NCBI RefSeq assembly: GCF_006345805.1
Contig: NC_043001.1
Coordinates: 1,364,001 to 1,428,000, forward strand
Length of the DNA stretch: 64,000 nt
Origin: Octopus sinensis
Lineage: Eukaryota
Reading direction: 5' to 3'
Shown here piece after piece: positions 53,900 to 64,000 of the stretch. The notes under the pieces were generated by a model. The model searched no databases. It had not been told where the DNA came from and saw nothing but the letters and a program-made list of their open reading frames with translations. A program made the translations under genes and the position numbers. Positions within the stretch are counted from its first letter, which is position 1; the number at the start of each line of letters is the position of its first letter.

Positions 53900-54295
53900 A
53901 TCATGATCATCATCATCGTTTAGTGTCCGCTTTCCATGCTAGCATGGGTTGGACAGTTCAACTGGGAAGTCAGAAGGCTGCACCAGGCCCAGTCCGATCT
54001 GGCAATGTTTCTACAGCCGGATGTCCTTCCTAACGCCAACCACTCCATGAGTGTAGTGGGTGCTTTTTACGTGCCAGACGAGGCTGGCAAAAGGCCACAA
54101 TCGGATGGTGCTTTTTACGTGCCACCGGCACCGGGGCCAGGCGAGGCTGGCAACGGCCATGATCGGATGGTGCTTTTTATGTACCAGTCGGGGTGGTGCT
54201 GGCAACGGCCACGTTGGGATGGTTCTCTTATGTGCCACTGGCACTGGTATCACAGCTACAATTTCCATTGATGTTCATAGATTTTCATTTTGATT
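53900..54295 (-). mobile_element. RTE LINE 3' tail
   Basis: Conserved tail; hairpin units partly deleted. Confidence 0.9.
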
Positions 54296-54302
54296 TATAT
54301 AC

Positions 54303-54660
54303 ATCAAATGAAATCAAATACAGAACACAAAGGATGTCCCAGTGCACGTGTTTCAAGCTTTCTCAGGGAGACTCGATATGCCTATCATTATGAGTAACAC
54401 TAAACGTACCTTTCGGATTTTTCATAATGTGATGTAAATCTTTGGTATAATAATTGCATGTGGCTGAAGAGCGCTTTAAACCATCCTTTATGTTGATTAT
54501 ACAATGATTTAAGAATAGGTCGTTTATAAAGCTTGAAACACGTGTACCATGACATCCTTTGTGCTCTGTTTTTGATTTCATTTGATACATATACCTTCTC
54601 ACCTCTGCTACTAGCTCGTGTATACAGGTGCTTACACTTATCAAGTATTCACCCTAAATT
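54303..54660 (+). mobile_element. Head-to-head foldback element with hammerhead motif
   Basis: Imperfect 59-bp inverted arms 54303-54361 / 54528-54586; ends in (TA)n. Confidence 0.8.
54459..54551 (+). ncRNA. Type I hammerhead ribozyme-like motif (canonical core, GUA site)
   Basis: tgtgg-CTGAAGA(54464-54470)-long stem II gcttt..aaagc-GAAA(54535-54538)-CACGTG-T-A-ccatg. Confidence 0.8.
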
Positions 54661-54696
54661 TATATATATATACACACATATATATATATACATATA

Positions 54697-54995
54697 CAGT
54701 GGCAGACTGGGTTTAAAAATATTGGTTGCCAGGAGAGTAAAGGGGCGCCCCTGCAACAACAATGCTATCATTTAATTTTTTTTTTGTTTTGTCAAAAGTA
54801 TTCTTTTCGACTGTCTACAAACACAGCCAGACTGAAATAATGCATTCTTCCATGAGTAGATAAAAAATTCTCAAACTTGAGGGGATGGGCCCCTTAGATA
54901 TTCACGTGCCACCCCCACCCCCCATATATGGATTCTAATGGTGCAGGGGCCCTCTTGCCATCAAGCAAGCTGGCAATCTGGCCTGTCTGCCACAG
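54697..54995. mobile_element. MITE, possibly hAT-type
   Basis: Ends cagtggcagactgg / cctgtctgccacag are imperfect TIRs; flanks tacatata / tgtatata resemble an 8-bp TSD. Confidence 0.55.
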
Positions 54996-55499
54996 TGTAT
55001 ATATATCTTTACATTTGCAAACACACACACATATAACTGATTCAATTAAAATGCAAAGTGGTTGTAACTTAAAAGCTTTGCTGGCAGTGGTTTTTGACAT
55101 ATAATATATATAAATGTGTGTGTGTGTGTGTATACATATATATTTACATACATACATATGTATGTATGTACATACATGCAGACAAGTAAACAAGTGCTCT
55201 GTCCCCCACCCCAAAATTTAAGAATATTTGTAAAAAATCCCCTAATGGATTACGAAAGACATTACTGGACTGTAGGACCGGTGTGTCTGCCTCATTACAC
55301 TTTGTCAGCTACAGCATGAAATGCATTGTTCATGGCAGACCAATGACTCATTCTAAACAGAAAATAAAACATTTAATGATGTTAAATTGAATTGTATACG
55401 TCTGGGTTTCAATCCCTTAATTAACTAATTAACTTTGATTTGGTGTGACATTGAAGGTTTGACAACTGGAGAGAGAGAGAGATAAAGGACACCACTAAC

Positions 55500-55650
55500 A
55501 CTAAGTCAGCACTCAATATTAGCTGGGCAGATGGAAGCAATGTGAAATGGAGGGCCTTGCTGAAGGACACAATGTGTCACCCAGTCAAGGAATCGATCCC
55601 ATAATTTGCTGATCCTAAACCCACTTAATCACTTGGCCATGAACCTTTAC
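55500..55650 (-). mobile_element. Degenerate tRNA-derived SINE head
   Basis: Minus strand has tggccaagtga, ggatcgattcc and ttgtgtccttcagcaagg. Confidence 0.55.
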
Positions 55651-56315
55651 ATTAATATTATACAGACAAGCAGAGTAAAGCAACAGACATTAAAATATTA
55701 AAAGTAAGAATATTGTTGTTGTTATTGTTGTTTAAGCCTTGGTCAGGCACTTGATCATGGAGATCCAGCCGTAACAAACTTTTTGCATACCTTGGACTGT
55801 ATTTTTTAGTGTTTCTTTTCTTTGTTATAGCAAAAGGGTGTGCTTTGAGGGAGATGTGATTGTTATTTCTTACAGATCAAGTGACCCCATAGAAGCCCTT
55901 TTGTTGTCTCAGCCAAGACTGTGTGGAGCTCCCAGGCAAGTTCCATAACTCTACTTGCCTTATACTGTTTAGCTGACAAACGGGTTCCACTTGTATTGAA
56001 TGCTGATTAGTTAATGACAGGAAATATATATCTGGGTGGACAAAAAAAAAAGAAATAAAAATATATATATAAATAAATAAACATTAAAAAAATACCCATT
56101 GTAGCACCAACTAAAACTGTCCACCAATGCTAATATATATAAAAAGAAAAGACACAGAATTTGTTGTTGCCCCAGTAATGGCTAATTACTCAATCACTTT
56201 AATGAAGCCAATTCATAATGCAATATCTGCAATATTGTTTTTAAGAATCAGATCAATATAAAGTCACTCAATCACTGTGTGTGTGCATGAGTGTATGTTT
56301 GTGTGTGTTCATGTG

Positions 56316-56348
<33 letters not shown>

Positions 56349-56468
56349 TGTGTGAATGAGGGAGAAAGAAAGACAGAGTGAGATCTACTTCTAAATATCA
56401 GAACTTTGTTGGAGAATTGAGTTGCCAAGAGCATACTTCAATGCATCTTCTCTCTGTCTGTCTCTTTC

Positions 56469-56516
<48 letters not shown>

Positions 56517-56975
56517 ATACACACACACACATACACAACATAAGCACATACGCATGTAGACATGTGCAATCTCAGACACATACATGCATTGATTTTCTTA
56601 CAAAGGCACAAAGACATGATTGTGCAGGAAACAGATGCACTCAATTGAATTGATGGAGTGTGTGGCTGTTGTGTATTCTAACGATGCTCTCGCTGCCAAT
56701 AAAACGAAAAAGCAGAGCAAACTTTAGAGGTTTTTAAATTCATAATTTAATCAAACTTGATTGGGTTTGAACCCCTAAACATAAAGATAGCTGTTGCTTC
56801 ATTTAGACCCACAACAAAAAGCAAATAAATATCATCAGGAATGGGTTGTCTTGGGGTCTCCCCAACTGCTTCACTATCCTTAGTGTTCTGCTGCTGCTGC
56901 TGTTCTTCACATATTTCAAGATATATATCTTTTGGATGCCCAAAATACACTCACACACACGCACACATATATGTG

Positions 56976-57021
<46 letters not shown>

Positions 57022-57319
57022 ATATATACATACATACCTATATCTGTACACACATGCATACATACATGTGTACACATGTTACACTATTTATACATATACA
57101 TGTATAATATACTATATATATAAATATATGTATGTATAATATACTATATATATATAAATATATATGTATATAATATACTGTATATATATATGTATGTAAT
57201 ATAATATATATATATATATATATATATCATAATATATATATATAATATATATATATATATCTATGATTCATGATATACTATATATATATATAATAACACA
57301 CAAACACATATACATATAT

Positions 57320-57413
57320 GAGGTCTGGTTTGCCAGACCTCAGCCAAATCATCCAACCCATGCTAGCATGGAAAGCGGACCTTAAATGATGATGATGATG
57401 ATGATGATGATGA
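57320..57413 (+). mobile_element. RTE extreme 3' tail
   Basis: tccaacccatgctagcatggaaagcggaccttaaat(gat)n. Confidence 0.8.
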
Positions 57414-57444
57414 TACTTTCAGAGCTGATTGTTGTAGGACAAAA

Positions 57445-58070
57445 AAAGTGGAGTGTGCAAGGAAGGGGACTGTGTTGGTATGGTCATGTGATGCATATGG
57501 ATGAAGACAGCTGCATAAAAAGTGTTGATCGCTAAATGTGGAGGGAATTTGTGGAAAAGGAAAACTCAGGAAGACATGTGACAATGTTGAAAAAGGGTTT
57601 TCAGAAGTTGTGCTTCACAAAGAAGATGACACAGGATTGAAGTAAACGGTGATTATTTGCTGTTCTTGAGAAAACCCTTCCAGCTAAGTAAAATCAAGGC
57701 CATGAAGGCATGTTGTTATTTTTCATGGCCGTGCACACAAGCTGTCCCTTTCAAATCTCTCTCAAACAACCCACCTTCCTAACATCACATCATTCACTCC
57801 ACCTGTCCAATCCTTGGGTCTACTTACCTTATATACACCTCCCTGTAACTTGAAGTGTCTCATCTCTTGTCACATCTCCCCCTTCTCCTCCCCAACTCCC
57901 TACTGAGGTAGGCATGTATCTCTTCTACAGCAAGACATCTAGTTTCGTCCCTCTACCCATACCCTAACCTCTCATCCCCTGGCACAAAGCTACTTCCCTC
58001 AAAACTAACCCCCACCCCACCCCACCAGTTGAGGGATCTTGTCTTGTACGTTATTTGGTGACCTCACTGT
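57445..58070 (+). mobile_element. Old RTE ORF end with pyrimidine-rich UTR
   Basis: WYGHVMHMDEDSCIK...VEGICGKGKLRKT; the downstream limit is approximate. Confidence 0.7.
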
Positions 58071-58914
58071 TACATGATTTGAGCAACCATGTCATATGTT
58101 TGAGATCTTTGAGTCAGTCTCTCTCTATATAACAATATCTGATGCAAACGGCTTGCTGGCTGGTTGGTTGGTTGGTTGGTTTGTTCTTCAGTCACACTTT
58201 ATAGTATATAGGGAGAGAGAAAAAGAGAGTGAACATAAGGGGTGCAAGATAAGTGCACATACTAGGCTTGGTGTCACACAAGAAGTAAAAAAAACAATGC
58301 TACAAAAACACACACACACACACACACACAGTGAAAGAATCATAGAGATGGAGGAAGTAAATGACAGAGTGCTTATGGGAAGAGTTACACAAATGGGAAA
58401 TAAATGTGTTCTGCAAGGCATGCATAGTTTCAGGTTAGTTGTACGCTTTTTTTTAATTTTAATTTATACGAAGGAATTTAGTCTTCTAAGGGTACACATG
58501 TCTGTGGAGTATTCAGCCCCTTGTGTGTTAATTCCACAAACAGGCTGTTCCATTGATTGGATCAACTGGAACCCCCACCCCCATCCTTGTAACCAATGAA
58601 AAGTCCCTGTCATTTAATAATTTTGTATAAATATCAAGAAATTTAATGAAAGTCAGATCACAATTATTGTCTTTTGGTCATGATTTTGGATTTTGCTCCA
58701 GGATGGCAAAAGTGTTTTTGCAATTTTATCCATCGAATGACAAATAAAACTTTTGCCAATAAAAGAAACACTTTATCACAACATTGACAGGTTTTTACTC
58801 TGAGTGGAAATTTTTGAAAATAATTATACCCATAAGAATGCTGAAATTCAGCTTTTCCCCTGTGGGCACAAGCAGCCCTAGGGCTATATGTGTATATGTA
58901 TATATATATAGAGT

Positions 58915-59290
58915 AGGGTGCCAAGAGCACCATCCAAGTGTGATCGTTGCCAGAGCAGCTGACTGGCTTCCATGCTGGTGGCATGTAAGGGCACCATTCG
59001 AGCGTGATCGTTACCAGCGTCGCCTTAATGGCACCTGTGCTGGTGGCATGTGTAAAAAGATTCGAACGAGGTCATTGCCAGTACCACCTGACTGGCCCCC
59101 ATGCCAGCGGCACGTAAAAAGCACCCATTACACTCTCGGAGTGGTTGGCGTTAGGAAGGGCATCCAGCTGTAGAAATTTTGCCAGATCAAGATTGGAGCC
59201 TGGTGCAGTCATCTGGTTCGCCAGCCCACAGTCAAAATCGTCCAACCCATGCTAGCATGGAAAGTGGACGTTAAACGATGATGATGATGA
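58915..59290 (+). mobile_element. RTE LINE 3' tail
   Basis: 3 hairpin units, conserved tail and (gat)n. Confidence 0.9.
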
Positions 59291-60549
59291 TATATGCACA
59301 TAGTATATGGCTGATAATATTCCATCTTGTCGTAGAACAGATGTGTGGTGCCATTGGGGATATTAGGAAGGACATCTGGCCATAGAACCTCAGACAAAAA
59401 GGAAACACACAAGAGGGATGTGGTTTTTGATCCAGTCTAACTGAACAGTAACCTCTGAAATGAACATTTTACCTCTGACTATGGCAACTCATCAAACCCA
59501 TACCAGCATAAGAAGTAGAGGTAAACCAATTATGATGATGATGATGATGTATAATGTAATCCAACAAGGTAGAGATATTTCAGTGATTAAATATACATGT
59601 ACCGTGTCATATTCACTTCCACTTTATTAATATACCCACACATATATATATATATACATATTTATATCTTCAGGTGTCAAAGACTTTTATCATGTGTCTG
59701 TTACCTGGTTACTGAAGTTCCATTTCTCTCTAAAACTAATTTTGTTCTGTTAAAAAAATTTCTTGTTTTAATATTCAGAAAACTTATCAGCCAGTCAGGC
59801 CTTGTACTGTTGCTAAGGCAACTATATATCTATGAAAGAATGTGCTTGCTTTTTCCTCTTTGTATCAGCCTGTTCAGCTAATATTTACTGTGTGTGTATG
59901 TATTTAATATATCTCTCTATATCTATCTATCTATCTATCTATCTCTCTCTATATCTATCTATCTATCTATCTATCTATATATATACATACATACACACAC
60001 ATGAAAATTAAATATAAATCAAACACAACAGCACAAGCTCATATACAGTGTCCCATACATGAGGCAGTATTTAATACTTGACTGTTGTGTAAAAGCTGAT
60101 GGAGTTGTGGAACACATTGTGTGTTATAAAGCTTTTGCTGACAATCGGAGAAATCTTAAGTCTTAGAAAAATCAACAGTGCAGAGATTACATTGATAATT
60201 CTCCCTGCAAACATCTCCAAGAGAATTCTTCAAACTGAGTTCAGTCTATGTAAGATAATGGACTTGTTTGCCTTTGACAAAATTTGGATTAAAAATAAAT
60301 TAGATTTGAGGGGAATTTTTATTCAATACAAACGGAAATTTTTCAGGAGAATTAGATTGAAAAAATACACACCTACACATGTAGATGTGTGTGTGTAGGT
60401 ATGTGTATGTATCTATATATATGTATATATTTATGTGTTCATGCATTTATGTCATCCATAAACACACACACACACAACAGATTGATGGTTGTGAATACCA
60501 AGTTTTACCTGTATGAAGAATGTACTGTTCAACATAAAATAGTAATCAC

Positions 60550-61000
60550 TGTCATTAGTTTAAAAACCAGACAGATCCAGTGACTGAACATTACCTGGAG
60601 AAGGAAATTATGGAAGTTGTATATCAAGAAGAAAGCGGAAACAAGTGTGAAACAAAAAGCATAACTGGGAATTTGTCTATCGTCTTTGAGCAATGTTCCA
60701 GCCAAAGAAAAGGTAACATGAGGTGGTGAGGTATGGTAGGTAAAATAGACACTGAGGGTTGGGCCTGGAATGAATGGCAGAATTTTGGAAGAGAGAGGAA
60801 ATATGAAGTAGTGAGAGAGTAAGAGCAACCAGCAAAGAGAGAAATGGAAGGAAGAGATTTGCTGACGTTCAACAATTACAAGAATTTAGTGAATGAGGAG
60901 AATTGCTTGGATAGCAAAGAACTATTCTGAGTAAAGCCAGCTGAAGGATCAGGTTCTGAAGGTGAAAGCTAAATAGATGAAATAACCATTAGGGGTTTAA
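60550..61000 (-). mobile_element. Possible decayed CR1/L2-type LINE 3' region
   Basis: The CT-rich minus strand ends in LDLSGFKTN, reminiscent of CR1 C-termini; weak. Confidence 0.3.
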
Positions 61001-61777
61001 AAATAAGGAGAGGGAGATGGATTATCAGGGGAAGGTGCTGAACTACTGAAACTATCCAATGATGAAGAGCCAGGGTTGATAATGGTGAAGTTGGAAATAA
61101 TTTAGCAGAAGAATGAAGAACTTGAAATACTCTATGAATGGAACAAGAGAAGCAGTCATTTGTGTAGTCATTGAAATAGTCCAAGAAAGGTTATTCCCAA
61201 TGATTGATATAGTAATATCATAATCAACGATTGACTCAAGAGCAAAGGGGATGCTCTCGAAAGAAGCAGCTTCAGAGGCTTCATAAACTGATGAACCAGG
61301 TTATGAGAGATACAGAAAGGGTCAGAGCATAATTAGAAAAAAAAAAATCACTATATCTAACATATATTGATCTGAAGAATGTTTTTTGGGAAAGTACCAT
61401 GCTGTGTAGTTTAATGGTAAATAAGAAAACAAAGTCTAGTATTATGGTTTGTGAAAGATATGTAAGCTACATACAGAGATACCATTAACAAGGTGAGGTT
61501 AGAGTTTCATAAAGAATGGAGAAAGTTCAGGGTTCACTTCTCAGCCACCCCCAACAATTTAAGTAAATACAGGGAACAAGAAAAAGGGTAAAAGAAAGGG
61601 AAAAGAGTTTGACAAATTAGGTTCAAACACTTCGAATGGAAAGTGAAAGTAAGTTATTATTTCATATATTTGTCTTTCGTCACTAGAAAGAAAGAGAGAA
61701 GCAGAGAAATGCTAAGAGAGAGAGAGAGGAGTGGGAGGAGAAAGGGGAGGGAGGAGAGAGATAAAAGAAAGAGAGAT

Positions 61778-61935
61778 GGTCACTTTTTACATTTTTTTGC
61801 CAAATCAACACATGCACTATATATTTTTTTATATTTTCTTCACTCATTTATTACTGTTATTTTATCATTTTAACGCCCGTCCATTGTCCAGAAATCTTTC
61901 ATCACACATCTGTGACCTCTGCAGTAACACTATTC
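61778..61935 (-). mobile_element. Older copy of the 43573-43895 hammerhead element
   Basis: Shares acacatgcactatat and ctttc.tcacac.tctgtgacctc..cagt with 43620-43727; the core has decayed to CTGCAGA. Confidence 0.7.
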
Positions 61936-61990
61936 ATTTCCGTGTATGCTCTTGCTCCACTTACTCTTCTTAGAAGAACAGAATGGAGTT

Positions 61991-62088
61991 GTTCCCCTGA
62001 CGATCCTTTGTGGTTGAGGGCCTAAATGCTTTTCAAACATCTATTTCAGGCTTCCAAACAACTGTAACGGTGAAACGTGCATAGGAAC
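61991..62088 (+). ncRNA. Hammerhead-like motif with long stem II (CUGACGA core)
   Basis: gttccc-CTGACGA-(gtggttg/caactgt, ggcct/aggct)-GAAA-cgtgca-T-A-ggaac. Confidence 0.6.
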
Positions 62089-62199
62089 TATTATATAAAC
62101 TTGTGTTTATCCTTATTTCTCCTACATTTGCTCTGTGCATCCTAACTGGCAATACTACTCATTGTAGAAGTTATCTTTAATTACTTCAAGAACTCTACA

Positions 62200-62265
62200 C
62201 GAAGCAGACGAGATTATGAGACTCTGCATTGAGATCGAAACAGAAACAGCAGCAGTTGTACATCG
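62200..62265 (+). ncRNA. Degenerate hammerhead-like motif (CAGACGA core)
   Basis: cgaag-CAGACGA-gatt..gatc-GAAA-ca..tg-T-A-catcg; flanked by a short inverted repeat attgtagaa / ttctacaat. Confidence 0.45.
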
Positions 62266-62400
62266 ATTTCTACAATTAGTTTCTACTGTATATATATATA
62301 TATATATAATATATATATATATATAATACATATCTTATATTTGTATTAGATGTGTGTGTGTGTGTGTATGTGTGTGTGTATGTATGTGTATGTATATATA

Positions 62401-62436
<36 letters not shown>

Positions 62437-62785
62437 TGCACGCATGTATGCATGTGTCAAATATACTGGAAACAGAAGCACTTTCAAATAGAAGGTTCTC
62501 AATGCATTATGTTTGTAGAGTGAGAAAGGGTTTCATTTGATAAAATCTTGCTGGGTTTTTTATGCTCTTCAGAATGTCAAGTCAGAATGAAATAACGATG
62601 AAATGCCACTGGTTCAGAAGATCAATAACAAGTTAGCATTGATGGATTTACAATTGTTAATAATGGTGACAGTGGAAAACTGTTTGTTGGGGGAAGAACA
62701 AATGAAGAGCATGAAATGCTTTATGAATGGAATAACAGAAACAATAAAGTGCAAATACATCAGCTGACGGATGCACACACACACA

Positions 62786-62824
<39 letters not shown>

Positions 62825-62934
62825 TATAAGCCACTATTATAAACAGTGTACAAAAGACTTGATTTGTAAAAGAAAATCTTTACTATTTCAGTTGAAGTAG
62901 TAAAGATCATTGCAAACTGTTGAAATGAGATTTT

Positions 62935-64000
62935 GCAGACAAATCACAAATCCCTTCAGGTAGATGGCCCAGCTTGATCAGTAGAAAAGTCGTTGGTAGA
63001 AATTTCATAAGATGTACCCAGTGTAAGCTATGGGCACATAAGAGGTGCAGCAATGTCAAAGGAAGGTTAACTGGAAAGATAGATTTTGTGTGCGGTAGAT
63101 GTACAGAGGCAATAAACAATGAAGATGTACAGAAAACCGATTCCATCACATGCCAGGGGGAGGAAGCAGAAGTTGTTGATAGCTTCTGTTACCTTGGTGA
63201 CCAAGTCAGTAGCAAGGGTAGATGCTCTAAGAGCACAGCTGCTAGAATAAGAATAGCCCGGGCAAAGTTCAGAGAGCTCCTTCCTCTGCTGCTAACAAAG
63301 GGCCTCTTGCTCAGAGTAAATGGTGGACTGTATTATGCTTCTGTGCAAACAACCATACTACATGGCAGTGAAACAATGGCTGTGAGTACCAAGGACATAC
63401 GCAGGTTTGAAAGAAATGAAGCTAGTATGCTCTGCTGGATATTTAATGCCAGTGTGCATGCACAACAGAGTGTAAGCATCCTGAGAAAAAAGTTGGGCAT
63501 ATGAAGCATCAGATGTGGTGTGCAAGAGAGACAACTGCACTGATATGGTCATGTCATGCATATAGATGAGGAAAGCTGTGTGAAGAAGTGTAACACCCTA
63601 ACAGTGGAGGGAACCTGTTGAAGAGGTAGACCCAGGAAGACCTGGGGTAAGGTGGTGAACCATGACCTTTGAATGTTGGGCCTCATCGAGGCAATGACAA
63701 GTGATTGAGACCTTTGGAGATATGCTCTGTTTGAGAAGACCTGGCAAGCCAAGAGAGATCATACACGTGGCTGATGCCAGTGTCACATGACTGGCCTGTT
63801 TAAAAGCAGCCTTCAGTCATTGGGCAATATGCCATACTCGTGAAGACCTGTTGAACTAAGTGAAATTGTTGTCGTGGCCGATGCCAGTGCTGCTTGACTG
63901 GCTCCCATGCTGGTGGCATGTGAAAAGCCCCATTCAAGCATGGCCAATGCTATTGCCACCTGACTGGCACCCATGCCAGTGGCATGTAAAAAGCGCCATT
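62935..64000 (+). mobile_element. 5'-truncated RTE LINE running off the window end
   Basis: ORF 62974-63504 (IRCTQCKLWAHKRC...VCGRC, FCYLG, RIRIARAKF), then a stop-riddled C-terminus and UTR hairpin units. Confidence 0.93.

Overview
AT-rich eukaryotic DNA packed with microsatellites and transposon relics. The SINE and LINE families resemble those of coleoid cephalopods, most likely Octopus (inference, no search run). No intact host gene is supportable; the window looks intronic or intergenic, and most listed ORFs are microsatellite read-throughs. Relics include many RTE-clade LINE fragments and 3' tails, an RT-less R4/Dong-type element, maT (DD37D) and mariner transposons, a hAT fossil, MITE-like foldbacks and tRNA-derived SINEs. 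The main unexplained signal is a set of about eight short elements carrying type I hammerhead ribozyme-like motifs, mostly with minimal or palindromic helix III and several with variant cores. Five of them share a head-to-head inverted-repeat architecture at (TA)n/(CA)n tracts, as expected of Penelope-like terminal repeats. Also notable are a C4HC3 PHD-type finger inside the RTE reverse transcriptase and a variable-copy double-hairpin array in the RTE 3' UTR.
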